DNA of 64,000 nucleotides from Felis catus (taxonomy: Eukaryota), in contig NC_058383.1 in NCBI RefSeq assembly GCF_018350175.1, forward strand, positions 29,762,001 to 29,826,000, read 5' to 3'. The notes beneath the pieces are model-generated. The model saw nothing but the letters and a program-made list of their open reading frames with translations. It was not told the origin of the DNA and did not search any database. This document shows positions 35,661-48,559 of this stretch, piece after piece (position 1 is the first letter of the stretch; every line of letters starts with the position of its first letter). The translations under genes and the position numbers were made by a program.

Positions 35661-36169
35661 AAACAAGGAAAATTAAGTAATTTCCTGCCATACAAAGGGA
35701 TGTCAGAGAGCTCTCCCAGAGAGATGGGCCTCCCCCACATAAAGCAGCAAATCCATTCTGTTTGTCCTCAATATACACTTTTGGCTCTTACAGACCATTT
35801 GTGAAAGATGAGTGGAACCAATAAATTCTTCTTGTAACTCTTTCAAATTGATAGGCAGAAACAGATCCTTGCTTATGGTATGTTTGTTTTAGGCCAGCTC
35901 TCTCTCTGTACGTCCTGTAGAATATTTACAACTCTGAAAAATGGGTATTACTGCACTTAATAAAGGAGGCTGCATAGGGTTAAGTAAATGACTTAATTTC
36001 TTGTGGCCAGTATGTTGTGGAGCCTGGGTCTGGACTCCGTGAACGACTTCAAAGCTTATGCCCGTACTATTATTCCTCTATAACCACTAGAGGGTATCAT
36101 GAAGGAAAAGACTCCGTTCCTTTCTTCCCGTACCCGACATGACAGTTAAGGATCTAAGACATAGCCATC

Positions 36170-36385
36170 CTAATAAAAGGCTGAATTCACTGAGAACTTA
36201 CTATGTGTCAGGATCTCCGCTAAACTCTTTGTGTAGACTTTCTCATTTAATTCTCTCAAAACAACCCCATGAAGTGCATGGAACCACTATCCCAGATTGG
36301 CAGGTGACGTTAACTGGCTTCCTCCCCATGGTGAGCTTCAAACCCAAACAGTCTGAAGCCAGAGTCCACTCTTTCAACCACCCTT
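36170..36385 (-). mobile_element. MIR
   Basis: acttactatgtgtcagg...tctcatttaattctc...acaaccccatgaag. Confidence 0.8.
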
Positions 36386-36914
36386 GCTTCGGAAGACTGC
36401 TGATCTGGGACACAGATTGTTCAGAAGACATTTTAGTGGAAGTCAGGCTAAGTAAGGGGTCAGGCCATGTGAATGGAATCAATGGTAGCTGCAGTTAGGG
36501 AGTTCAGGGTCAAGGCAATGATAGGTGGTAAGTTGTCCATGGCGGCAGAACTTGCAGAACAATGGAGAGCTACCCAGAGAGTTGTTTTTATGGTTTGACT
36601 AAGTCAGGGAGAGCTATTATCCTCACAGAAAGTTCCTGTCATCTGTTCACTCTCTTTTTCATTCGTTGACCTTCGTGCCTTTCCTACTTGGCTCAACTCC
36701 TTAGAATTGATGGAATCATTTCCAGTACCCTCAGGACTCTGGATGTCTGTAGTTGGTGTGACCCATTATTTGGAGCTTCCAGAGAGATACAGAATGTCCA
36801 AAAGGGTGGCCAGGGATGTGTGGTGGGTAGAGACGGTGTCAGAGAAGGAAAGGAGAATTCTCCACTCTCTTAATCCATTTTCTTCTAGCTCAGGGTAAGG
36901 CTACAACTAGGGCC

Positions 36915-37170
36915 AGGGGGAATTAAAAGATACAAACTTCCAGTTTTAAAATAGCTAAGGCATGGGGATACATTGTCCAGCAGAGGGAATATAGTGAAGC
37001 ATAGGTAACAGTTTCGTATGGTGACAAAGGGTAGCTAGATTTATCATGATGATCACTGTATCATGTATGTGAATGCTCCATCACTATATCGAACGCCTGA
37101 AAGTAATTCGATACTGTATGTCAACTACACATTAACCAACGAACAAACAAGCTTCCAAAGTAAAAGAAAA
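36915..37170 (+). mobile_element. L1 3' end, 5'-truncated (older carnivore or laurasiatherian type)
   Basis: tacaaacttccagtt...gggaatatagt...tatggtgac...tgtatgtcaacta; CTAGGGCCA on both flanks. Confidence 0.8.
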
Positions 37171-38424
37171 CCTAGGGCCATGGTCCCTGCTAAGGCAAAC
37201 AGTGAAAACAGTTCAACTGAGGAAGCAGGCAATGTCCCAAGGAAACTCAGGATTACTTGCCACACACAAGGTGCGGTCAAATGCCACTGGAGGGTGGAAA
37301 ACCGTTGTAGGCTGCAGTCGTCTCAGGAGACAACTGAAGGATGTATTTGGATAAGTGGAGATAAGAAGGGGGGTATTTCAGGGAAAAGTAAAGAACACAT
37401 AAAACAACTACAGAGGATGAGGAGCTATTAAATGCCCAGTGCAGAAAAACAGGCTGGTTTTTTGTTTGTTTCCTGGAGACGGTGGCTCCTATTTGTGTGG
37501 GATCAAATTGGATTCCTCTTCGTATGTATATATGCAGAATGTTATCAGAATGGAGAAGCATTCAGATAAGCTTTCAGGCTACTGGGGTGCCGATATGGGG
37601 ACATGAGGGATCATGAACCTCTTTAGCCAGACAGCTCTATTAACATGGGGTTTCTGCGACAATTATGAAACGTCACTGGGGACGAGCTGCACAGTAGCAT
37701 TGCTCCCCAAGCAACTAGGGGGCCCAGGGAAGCTGGATTGTCATTGGCAGGAGACAAATGACGATGATCCCTTGAGATGTAGTGTGCAGAAAGAAAACAA
37801 AATCCTATTATGAGACTGTCATTGTGAAGGTTTCTTCTTGTTCCCAGCTCAGACAGAGGAGGGAGACAAGGTACCACGTTAACAGGACTGAGATTTCACC
37901 CAGAGTACCGAAAGATCAACAGATCCCTGCCATTTCTGGAAAACAATCCTTGCGGGTTGAATCCAATTAAATGCTTTAGGGAAAAAAGCAATTTGATTTT
38001 CAAGAGAAGGGATATAGTTTAACACCTGCAGTTCCACTACTGATGGATCCGGCAAGGCTTCCTGAGGACATTTCATTTCCATTCTTTGAAGAGATCACAA
38101 ACTCCGTTGTGTGGTAGAAGGGGCTCCCAGGTGGAATTCTGGGATTTTTGACCTTTTTTTTTTTTTTTTTTTTTTTTTTAGAGATCCATTGGCTAGTGAG
38201 GGACATAGTGAATGAGGAAAAAGAGGGATATGTGTTTCTTTGGCTTTATGTGATGTGTCTTGGGAAATAGAGGGTTATGTCCATTCACTCCACACTGGAA
38301 AGTGTGTGAGTGTATCTGTGCATGAATATGCATACTTTGGTACCTAGATTGCTATTAAGATACTCACCCTTCACCAAGCAACCATCCAGGTTATTCCCGT
38401 GCCTGATGCCCTCGACTCAGTAAA

Positions 38425-38650
38425 GCAGCAGGGTGGTGTATAGGAAAGGATAGGAGCATTAGCATTGGAGAGATCTGGGTTCGAGTCCCAAATCAGCCAC
38501 TTTGTAACATTGTGACCTTTGGGCAAGTTACTTAAAGTTTCTGAGCCTCACTTTTCTGATCTGTTCAATGGGGACACTGATGACGAATCCTCTCTGCAAA
38601 GCACTTAGAATGGTGCCTGACATATATTAAGGGCCCAACACATGTTCACC
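38425..38650 (+). mobile_element. MIR
   Basis: ctgggttcgagtccc...tgtgacctttgggcaagttacttaa. Confidence 0.85.
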
Positions 38651-38694
38651 ATGTTTCCCCATGTTATGATGTAAAACTGTTATTTCATTGCCCT

Positions 38695-39005
38695 CTGGGT
38701 GAGGTGGACCCTTTTTGCTAATTGTCTTCCGGTATCTTTTCCCTCCTCTTCTATTAACATCATTTTGATTTTCCCTAGAAAAAGCCACTGTCTTTCCTTC
38801 TCAGTCCGTGTGGTTTGGGTGGAGGGCTTTTCCTTAATGCAGAATTGGACACCCCTTCATCAATCATGGGAATCCATTTTCTTTCCCACGATGATTGGCG
38901 CAGGGATGCACATGTGACCTTAAATGCACCAATGAGAGGGGAGCCCAGGACTTTTATGGATCTTCTGGGAAGGAAAAAACTCAGACTCTCTGGTGGTTGC
39001 TAGGA
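38695..39005 (+). mobile_element. Ancient MaLR LTR fragment (MLT1K/L-like)
   Basis: tgattggcgcagggatgcacatgtgacc...ccaatgaga. Confidence 0.55.
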
Positions 39006-39014
39006 ATATATTAG

Positions 39015-39305
39015 ATGGTTCTTCAAAAAATTACACTTAGAATTACTACATGGCCCATCAGTTCCACTGTCCCAGGTACATACGAAAAAGTGTTAAACAG
39101 GTGTTCAAGGAAAAACTTACCGTGAATGTTCATAGCAGCCCTCTTTGCAATAAGCCAAGAGGGGAAAACAGTGTCCATCAAATGTCTGTCAACCCAAGAA
39201 TGGATACACAGAATGTGATCTACCCATATGATGGAATATTATTCAACCATGAAGGAATGAGGTACTGATACATGGTACAGTGTGGAGAAATCTTGAAATG
39301 ATTTA
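39015..39305 (+). mobile_element. L1MB-like fragment (ORF2 end / 3' UTR)
   Basis: gaatgttcatagcagc...gaatggata...atggaatattattca...gaaggaatgaggtactgatacatg. Confidence 0.8.
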
Positions 39306-40079
39306 GTGACCGCTTTGGAGGCCCCCACGTCCTGCTGAGAGCAACAACAAAAAACCTCCTATAACCCTCTTAAAACAAGCGGAAGGAAATTATCTCCAGG
39401 GTCAGACAGCCCCACTCTCCCCACAAAAGGAAAGGAAGATGCTCTTTGAATCTCACTCTCTATCGTTCCCTCCTCATGAGCTCCTTGAACGAGAGCTTGG
39501 ATGCTGCCTTTTCCAGAACGACTTCAAAGTCGAACCTAGTTGTTCCCTGCCTGAGGGAGCAAGTTGTTTTTTTGTCATTGCCTGTTTCCCCTATGGGATG
39601 TGGGGTCTGCTAGTGGCAGAGACCATGTCCTGTTCTTATTGATAACCCTCCCCTGGGGTTCCTGTTACCGTGCCTGCCACGTGTAGCGTTTGCTCAGTGA
39701 ACACTAACTGCATTCTATATCTAGCTTTGTTTGGCGCTTCGAGTGATTCTTGAAAGCTTTAAAGTATGTGCACATTTTATTAAGTACAGCTATATGTAGA
39801 TCTACCTAGGCCTACACCTACATTTCCATCTATTCCTGTACCTACACCTGTATCTGTATTTGCATGCACACCCCAATGTATTTCCAAATCTATATCTGTA
39901 CCATCTGTCTCTGGCAGGGAGGTACTACCTGAGGGAAACAGAAAGCTTTCCTTCTCTAGGAGGCTCTCTATACCCCTGAACTTGACCAACAAGTTCAAAA
40001 CTCACTGAACACACTATTATGCGTATCCCAGAGGTCAATTATTGCACTACCTCCCACTGTGAGCACTATTCTCATCTTC

Positions 40080-40350
40080 AACCATAATAAGAATAATAAT
40101 AGTAACAACAACAACAACAGCCATGATAATACAAGATAGGATCAGCTGCTAGTTGTGGGGCTCTAAGTTCTTCATCTACCTGATTGCCTTCAATCCACAC
40201 CACAGCCGCCTGAGCCAGGCTCTCTGGTCATCCTCATTCACAAGATACATGAGGCTGAGGTGGGTTCAGCAACTTGCCCGAGGCCACACGGGCCAGCTGA
40301 GGGCAGAAGTAGTGTTCAAACCCCTCTGACCTCCAGCCCCACATTCCTAG
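40080..40350 (-). mobile_element. MIR
   Basis: gaggctgagg...gcaacttgcccgaggccacacggg. Confidence 0.75.
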
Positions 40351-40439
40351 CAGCCCTCCCTCCCCTACCATGTTACACCCATCTCCAATTTTGCTTTTTC
40401 TCTCGCCACCCACTTGCATGTCACCTGGTTCTCCGAGCC

Positions 40440-41200
40440 TATGGAAGTTTCCAGGTGGGAAATTCTACTGTAGGTGGGTAATCTGCTTTCCCTCCCACCT
40501 CCTGCCTTCCACCACCTCCCTCTTGACAGCAAGCATCTGTGGGGCCTACCTGCTGCCAGCACTCCCTCTATTCATGCACGCTCCTCTCTGCTTTCCTGTA
40601 GTTCTAGAAGGGGCTCAGTTTGGGCCACTTCTGATCTGGTAACTTCATGAAGTCCTCTGAGAGGGTGGGAATGGTCAGGTGTTCTTGTCCTTGTCACTAC
40701 CCATTACGTGTGGAGATGTGCATGCTAGAACCTCGCCCCCCCCATTATGTGGGGGTGACCTGGGTGATGACCCAGATGGGATGGCACTCCCTTCCCTTCG
40801 AAATCCTTTGCCAGGCACAGCCAGCCGCCATCATCTTGGTGGCAATCTCCAAAACAGAAGCCCGTTGTCCTTTAGAAACCAGGCTCCATATCCCAATCCT
40901 CAGATTTCTTGAGCTCTTGGTGGCCGGAGAGGGATAGTGTCAAGCACTCAGGCCACCTGGGCTGATTTGACTTTGAACGGATTCCTTGCCTCCCCCCTGC
41001 AGACTTTGGTCCCAGGCTCCTGTGTGAGCAGAGTTATAGCTGAGTTTGGCTGGTGGGAGGCAAGGACAAGCCACGGTCTTTTGTCTTCTCCGTGGCCTCC
41101 CGTGGCAGCTCTGTGATGGCCATGTTTCCTGTGGGGTTCCACATTGCGTGGCATGGGCGTAGCTTTTGCCACGGGCTCCATTGGCCATTGTCCCTCTGTC
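40440..41200 (-). mobile_element. Degenerate ERVL/MaLR internal remnant (integrase-dUTPase region)
   Basis: Minus-strand translation gives colinear PSPAT..S..L, LVSKG, KGV and PHNGGGE, echoing ERVL PVPATLGSAGL, LVPKG, KKGVTVLAGVID, LLHNGGKEE. Confidence 0.45.
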
Positions 41201-41248
41201 TCTTGTCCTAGGTGTTGTAGTAGATTCTCGCTGTCTACCCGTCTCTGG

Positions 41249-41410
41249 CAGGACTAGGTCATGGATGAAACAAGTGAGGCTGAGTTAGGGGTGCGTGGGG
41301 CCAGATGCTATTTTTATTTAGAAAGTTGATATTTTTTTTATCATGTTTTTTTTTTTTTCTGCCTCAGTTGAGACTTTTCAAGGTACTGCATTAAAGTAGG
41401 ATTGGCTCAC
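41249..41410. mobile_element. MER96B-like hAT-Tip100 fragment
   Basis: caggactagg...agtgaggc...tttattt...ttgatatttt...tgcattaaa. Confidence 0.55.
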
Positions 41411-41529
41411 TGTCTCATTTAGCTTCTTGGTCTGTTGCCCCATACACAGCTAATTCTTTGCATTGAAATCCTGCTGTTGGAAATACATGGTTTCTCTTCT
41501 TGGTTAGGGACTGACAGTGAGTGCCTCAC

Positions 41530-41710
41530 AGATTCTGATTTCTAGGTCCCTGTGAGGTAGGGATTAGTATTCCATTCATTTAACATAGGAAGAAAGATGC
41601 TCAGAAAACTTCCCTAACTTGCCAGTGTCCCTGAGCTCGGATGGGACAGAAATGGATCTAGAACCCAGGTGTTGGGGACTACGGAATCCTCACTCTGAAC
41701 CATAAAGCTA
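41530..41710 (-). mobile_element. MIR
   Basis: ccctgtgaggtaggg...gctcaga...taacttgcc...gaacccagg. Confidence 0.75.
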
Positions 41711-43125
41711 CCAGGTTTTGTCATATATAATTTCAAAGGACCCCTCTAAGAACTGAAATCCCTTTTGATAAGGAGGAAGTCTTTTGATTATGCAGAAGTC
41801 TCTTCAGAAGGTATTTTCTCTTGGAACTTTCAAACTTGAAATTTACACACAGAGACTATAAGCTTGTGAGGATGGGTGATATTGGCATGAAACTGGGGAG
41901 GTTCATATCTGAGCTGATGTGTCTTAGTAAATCCACAGAAAATCTCTCTTGTCTCCTTTTCCTTCAATCCTTTTGTCTGAGTTTGAGCTGAGGTGTTTTT
42001 TTTTTTCCTTTTTCTTTGTAAATTCTCTTGATTTTGGTTATGTAACAGGGCCAGGCAATTGCTTTCGCTGAACAAAAGTCTCAAATGAACAGATATCCAT
42101 GCTAATACCAGTAATTAACAGCTTCTCTCGGCACTGCATGTCTGAAACTGCTTTTATTGATTTATTTTGACTCTGTTCCATATAGGACAATTTTTCAGCT
42201 CACACAAACATATGCTTATCTCCTTTTGGTTCTGGGCGTTCTGGGCCCTGTTTCCAGAGACTAATTCCTCAGGGCAGCTCTGACAGGGGAGCAGACGAAA
42301 CAGGGCTAAGGCACCTCAACTTAACTGTCACCTTGAAGAGGGTATTGATGTGCGGGAAGGATGGGCGACCTCTTGGCTTTGGGGTTTGATTTTCTGTATT
42401 TTCTTTCTGATGTGATTGAATTGGAGTTTGGAGCTCAGGGGATTGCATGTGGTGATGGGAAAGGAGGCTGAGAGAAGGGTCATCCAGGCAAAAATAAGAG
42501 GCCAAAAAAAAAGCTGGAAGAGGGACAACTGGTCACCCAGTTTCCCCTGACTCGGTAGCTTTGCTTCCCTGGATCAATCCCAGTGATACTATTTTCTTTC
42601 CCTCATTCAAGGGCTAAACTGCAGAATGTTCAAAGGGCAAGTTGTTGGGATGGTTAAGTATGTTAAAGGGATTTTGCCCCCAGGATTTGAACCCCTTTTA
42701 TTCTTTGAGACAGAAACCTCAGATGATCCACACGGAAGCAGAGGAGGTAAAGGAAGTTGGGCAGGAAAATTGTGTTCTGTATTTCCCAACATTCTGTGGT
42801 GCTGTGTGTGATGCATTTCCTTCCACCGTCTCTATCTCACACATGCATGTGTGCTTGCACGAGCACGCGCACACACACGCACGCTACACTTGAGATCCCG
42901 TGTAATATACCTGCGACACATCTTCTGTGACTTGTCTTTCAAATTAGTGATGTATCACGAACCCATTTGCGCGTCTGTCATTATACCTATGTATCATCAT
43001 TTTTTATGGTCCAATAATGCTCCTTTGGATGGATGCATACAACGTACTCAACCAATCACCTGGTGTTGGATATTTAATTTGTGTCTTTTCTTTGCTGGTC
43101 TCTTTTGCTTTCTGGATCTCCTTCT

Positions 43126-43185
43126 CTCCCTCCTCCCATCCTCCCTCCCTCCCTCCCTCCCTCCCTCCCTCCCTCCCTCCCTCCT
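43126..43185. repeat. (CCCT)n microsatellite within an old antisense L1M fragment (about 42900-43330)
   Basis: Direct read. Confidence 0.95.
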
Positions 43186-43486
43186 GCCTTTCCTCCATTC
43201 TTCCTGTATAACCATTTGGAAATAAAGGCTCTGGATCTTTTTACATGTGCAGATCCTTGGGTCAGACCGTGGCCCTCTTTTTAGGCTTCTGATACATTCA
43301 CTACACTGTCCTCTGAGAAGATTGTGCTGATGCATACAGGAAAGATTGCAATTTGAACCCCAGAATTATACCATCCAGTAAGGCTTCTCTGAAGGTGTGG
43401 TGTTTGCAGTGAGAACTCTAGGACGGATATAAGTTAATGATAGTGGTGGTGGTGGTGATGGCAACATTGTTCGCAGAAGAACCCAC

Positions 43487-43593
43487 CTGAGCTGATGACA
43501 CAGAGCCCGATGAGGGGCTCAAGCTCGCGAATTGCCTGATCGTGACCTGAGCCAATGTCTGATGCTTAACTGAATGAGCCACCCGGGTACCCC
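43487..43593 (-). mobile_element. Can-SINE 5' half only
   Basis: Antisense head and B box; CT tract and tail absent. Confidence 0.85.
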
Positions 43594-43624
43594 TGGAACA
43601 AGTATCTTTTGATAACACAGTCTA

Positions 43625-43752
43625 CACTGGCCACTTTCTGGTTCTGTCTCGATTCCCCACTCCCCTGATAGGGTTTCCTGAGACCACTTCCCAGATAAAT
43701 AACTTAACTCCTTGTGTCAGAATCCGCTTCCGAGGGGCCCAGCCTACGGCAG
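43625..43752 (+). mobile_element. ERVL LTR 3' fragment (LTR16-like)
   Basis: tttcctgagaccacttcccagataaa...ccttgtgtcagaatccgcttc. Confidence 0.55.
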
Positions 43753-45399
43753 GGGAGCTTCTGGTTCTTTCCCTGGGATTCCTGCTTCTGCACAGTTTTA
43801 CTACTGCACTTGGAGCTGGGCCAAGTGAGGCTCTGCAGTTGGAGGTTTTTTGTGATGAGTGCGGGGCCAAGACTCTGAACATCCATTTTCTGCTCCCACT
43901 CATGACTCCAGAGCTAGGGTCAGGGCAGGACCTCCATGGGTGGTGTGCAAAACCTTTCTGCTTGAGGTAGGATTTGGTGGTGGAATTTCCCAGCATGCCC
44001 AAAACACTGTTGATAACATGCATGGGGCTGAAGGATGAATCGTCAGCCCCTGCCAATTCCACAATTATGCACCTGCCATCCTCTCGCCTCTGACACCTCT
44101 GCTACCCCAGGGATTCCCATGGCGACATCAATAATTCATATGATAACCAGCACCACCAGGACTCTGGCACGCTTTCTGACAGCCAACCGGATTCTGGCTT
44201 CCTTCCTGCCTTTTGGGTCAGGGATGGCATTCTGTTTTCCTGAACTGCAGGTGGCATCAGGTGAAGAATTATCTTCAGGCCGGACACTTGCTGTCTTTTC
44301 CCAAGGACACAGTACAGGGGATGTGAATTAAAGGCTCCTAACTAGAAGGCGCCTTTCTGCCAGGCTTCTTTAGGGGGACATTTCCTCCTCACTCTCTCTG
44401 ATATTCCCATGGTGACGAGGAGGGGGAAATTCATCTGTGGCAGTAGGCAGTGGTATCAGAAATAATGGCTTGAGGCACCAGGAAAATGTAATCAATATTG
44501 ACTTGCTGAGAGGTCCCATGATGGGAAAGAAATTGTCTCTCTTCCCCACCGCATACATCCCATTTGGTGTTCTGCATCCTTTGTGTGTTTGGCAGAAGGG
44601 AATATCTTAGTTTTTCAGGGAGAGAAAGAAAAAGTACCCTGAAACCATATATTGTCAGTCTATATAAGATAATCCATTACTGAGGGACAGGAAGCTTCAA
44701 ATATCCAAGCGGGTCTGCTGGGTTATCTGTCTGGCTTTTATTGTTTGTGTCCAAACAGTTGTAGGATGGGACCTACTTTTTCTTTCTCCCCTCCACCCTT
44801 TCCTTGCCCAGAACAAATAATAATTGATGACAATTTTTTTTTTCATTATCTGTGTCACCTTCCCAGAGGTGTCCTGGAGGAAAAAGGAAACGTATGTGGA
44901 CTGATAAGGTTTCCCTTGGCTGTTTTATCATACATCTGGAGGGTAAGAGTCTAGAGCTCTCCCTACAATTCCACTGCGTATCATGAGTATTTTTTTTTGT
45001 CTCCCCCCGGCCAGCAGAAATGCACTGGTCTGAGTGTCTGGTTACAAATAAAACGATAGAAGGGATGCTAGTGAAATTAAGTACAAACAGATGTATGTTT
45101 TGGAAGACTGGTAGGGAGCGAGGAGACATGGCCTGGGGATCAGCCAGACTGGGGTGTCCCCACTGGTGTGGTCAGCCCTGGACACTTGTCATTCTGTAAC
45201 TGCAGTACACAGCCAGCCTCAGCCACATGAGTGCGTCTGAGGATCACTGGCTTTGCACCCTCTTTAGATTCTGTGTTCTGGAGGGTGTACCTACCAGCTG
45301 AGGTTCACTGTGCCAGCTACCCAGTGTCCAGGCATCAGGGACAGGTACTTGATCCCTTCCACCTCTGTAGGGGAGCCTGAAAGGACCACCTTTTCTGTT

Positions 45400-45630
45400 A
45401 CCCACCCTTCATCCATCCCCCCTCCCACCGCTCAACTCTCCCTATCCCTCCTCCCCTTAATTTTCCTCTGTAGCTTTTGTACCATCCAACATCTAATTTA
45501 CTTATCCATTGTGTTAATTGTCTGCTAGAGTCTGAGCTCCTTGAGAGCAGGGATTCCCACCTCCTTTGTTCGTTGCTGAATCTACAGTTACTAGAGCAGT
45601 GCCTAGCACATGGTAAGCCCTTAATAAACG
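45400..45630 (+). mobile_element. L2 3' end
   Basis: gagctccttgagagcaggga...ctagagcagtgcctagcacatggtaag. Confidence 0.8.
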
Positions 45631-45638
45631 TAAGGTGA

Positions 45639-45837
45639 GGGGCACCTCCGTGGCTCAGTCGATTGAGCGTCGGACTTGGCTCAGGTCATGATCTCGCGGT
45701 TCATGAGGTCGAGCTCCACACCGGGCTCACTGCTGTTAGCACAGAGCCCCCTTCAGATTCTCTGTCCCCCTCTATCTCTGCCCCTCCCCTCCCTGCTTGT
45801 GCTCTCTTAAAACTAAAGAAAACATTAAAAAAAATAA
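45639..45837 (+). mobile_element. Can-SINE
   Basis: Head, B box-like motif, CT tract, A tail. Confidence 0.92.
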
Positions 45838-47027
45838 TGAAATGGAAGGGGATGTTGGGATACTGGATTTCTCTAAAGGATAAATACCTGTTGTAAGAAA
45901 TATTTCCGCGTTTGCCAGAAGAGAAACGATCACTTTCCAGAAGCTAGCTCTTGGTTATTAGCAAGATGCGACAGTGTGCCGCTCGTGCGCCACAGAGAAA
46001 AACGTTGCACTGGGGCGTTTTTCCTCTTTAGATATTCTGGTATGCAAAGAAGGGTCCACTGACCTCTGTTTGTCTCTAATGTGAGTGGTAGAGACTTCCG
46101 CAAAGATCCTGGTGCAGGGCCAAGTTAATGGACAGGGTCACCTCCTCTTACTCTGAGCAGAGAATAAGTGAGGCGTCTGGTTCCTCTTCTCTGGTCTTCG
46201 GAGAAATGGCACCAGCTGGCATGGGGCGTTCAGGGTGGTGGCATCATGGGAGTGGAAGAGTGGACCTAGTTGGCTGAGCTCCCCAACCCTGATGATGTGC
46301 TTACAGAACATTTACTGAGCACCTACTGGGTACCAGCCACTCTTCTAAACACCATGCATGTTCTGACTCTGGAATCCACCATACGAGTATCCCCGTGTTG
46401 CGGCTGGGAGACTGGGGCACACGTGAGATTCGTGTCAGCCATGCCACCTTGTGTGGGCACCTCCCCCACTGTAAGAGTCATGAAGGTTGCAACCCGGTTG
46501 CAACACAGAGCCAGGCCGACTTTTTCTGAGGTCGAGAGATTTAAGTGCCTGCCTTAGGGGCCTCATTCTCCCTGCCCTCGTTTGCTCTAAGGGGGTGTGC
46601 TAATAGGGATTTGGCCCAATGGACTCTCTGTGTTGGATGTCCTGGGGGCAGATAGTAATAAAGATGTACAGAAGAGAGCAAGCTGTAAGGCCTAAGTGTT
46701 AGAAGTTTCTAGAACTGCCTATGACCACCCTGTAAAGAAAATTTTTCACTGCAGTTACATACACGTGGGCTATTGATGTCCATACCTTGCTTCTGCCCCT
46801 GGTTTACAGTCACAAAGGAAACACCTCAAACATTGGCTATTATGGTCTTTAACACATGGGATTTTAGGCAATACACCATTTTTTTTTTTTTCTTGGTATG
46901 ACTTCGTGCTAATGTAGGCACAATTGATTTTCTCTACAGTGGTGTAGTCACTGCAGTCAAATGGACACAGATTCAAAATGCGCCTTTATTCCGGGACCGA
47001 GGAATTAATTAGGCATGACTTGGAAAA

Positions 47028-47226
47028 GGATTGAGATATAACAAGCCAGATAAGATTCAAGAGGTCCAGTCAAATTTGACTTTTAGAGAAACAATCAAGA
47101 GATAATTTTTAAAACACAAGTCTGTCTCACACGATATTTGGAACATACACTCAAAATTATTCATCATTTGTCTGGAGTTACATTTTTATTGGGCATCCTG
47201 TACTCTTTCTAAATCTTGCAATCCTA
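47028..47226. mobile_element. MER53-like palindromic hAT MITE
   Basis: ccagtcaaatttgact.../...attgggcatcctgta...ctaaatcttgcaatccta. Confidence 0.75.
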
Positions 47227-47967
47227 AGAAGGACGGGAGTACTTCTTTGTCTCTGGCTCTTCCTGGCCTTAGATTAGCCTCTTTCTCCCTGCCTTCTGCT
47301 TAAATGTGAAATCAGAAGTCATAACAGGCTTGACAAAATGACAAGAATTTTAAGGGCCAAAGGTCTTAATTCATCCTTGACAGGAGATCTGTCCAATCTA
47401 CTTAGGTTCAGTGATTTGAAATGGCAGTATTTACCTATTTTCCACCCTCCCTCCATTCCCCATGAAGAACCAAGATGGATCAGGAAGCAACTGTTTGCAT
47501 TCTTGGGATGTTCGAGGGAAAATTTCACCTTGTGGAGAGAGTGGGGAGGCCCCCTGTGCAGTGGGTGATTTCACTCTCCTTGTCCCCAGGGCTGATTTCT
47601 TTAGCAGTCAGGAGCAGACAGGTGCAGCTAGCAACGTCGAGAAGAGACACGCCCCCGATCTGGGTGATGAAGACACGCTTTCCATTTTCCACGCTATAAT
47701 TTGAAACGCTCGTGATTTTCATTTCGGCTAATCATCAGCTAGCAGTGGCACCAAACATTTTAATGGTGAAAACCTCTGCCCCCACCTCCCAGACTGTCTC
47801 AGGCAATTTATGGTGCCTCCATGTGTTCTGGATCATTGAAAAGGAAAAGTCTGTTACAAGACACCTGCTTTGAATCCTCACACGCAAGTGGAAACTCCTT
47901 CTGCCATGCAAATTACCCCTCTTCCCTGTTTTATAGACTGTGTAACTTTTGTGGGTTTTGTACATTG

Positions 47968-48209
47968 ATTTTTAAATTTTTTTTTAAGATTATTTATTTT
48001 CAGAGAGAGAGAGCAGAGAAGGGGTAGAGCAAGAGGGAGGCAGGCAGGAAGGGAGGGAGAGAGAAAGGGAGGGAAGGAGAAAATTCCAAGCAGGCTCTGC
48101 ACTATCAGCCCAGAGCCCGACAGGGGGCTTGAACCCACAAACCATGAGACATGACCTGAGTGGAAACCAAGAGTCGGGTGTTTAACCGACTGAGCCACGC
48201 AGGCACCCC
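47968..48209 (-). mobile_element. Can-SINE
   Basis: Antisense body and T tail. Confidence 0.93.
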
Positions 48210-48354
48210 TCATTTTTTTTTTTAAAGTGAGATTTTCTTGGACATCACTCGTGTCATGACCTTGTTTCCTCTTCCTTTCTTCCTCTCCAACCATCCTCCT
48301 CCTCAACTCCTCATCATTTGTGTGTTAGACCCATTATTAAACATGGTAGCTCAG

Positions 48355-48545
48355 AGCAGCGGTCTTCAACTCTGACAACACTTGAGAAAATGCAGGGGCG
48401 ATTAAGAAAACTTATAGATGCCTAGGACATCCCCCCTACCCGGACTGAGAATCTGACTTAAATAGTCTGGGATGGGGTCCTATCATCGATACTCTTTACA
48501 GGGTCCTCAAAAAATTCTCATTGCAGCCAGGATTAAGGACCATCA
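48355..48545. mobile_element. MER5A/B-like hAT-Charlie MITE
   Basis: cagcggtcttcaa...tctgacttaaatagtctgggatgggg...gcagccaggattaaggacca. Confidence 0.7.
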
Positions 48546-48559
48546 GCGTAGGGATAAAA

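Noticed and set aside
42178..42186. CArG box (SRF site)
   Set aside because: CCATATAGG has only five A/T between CC and GG; the consensus needs six.
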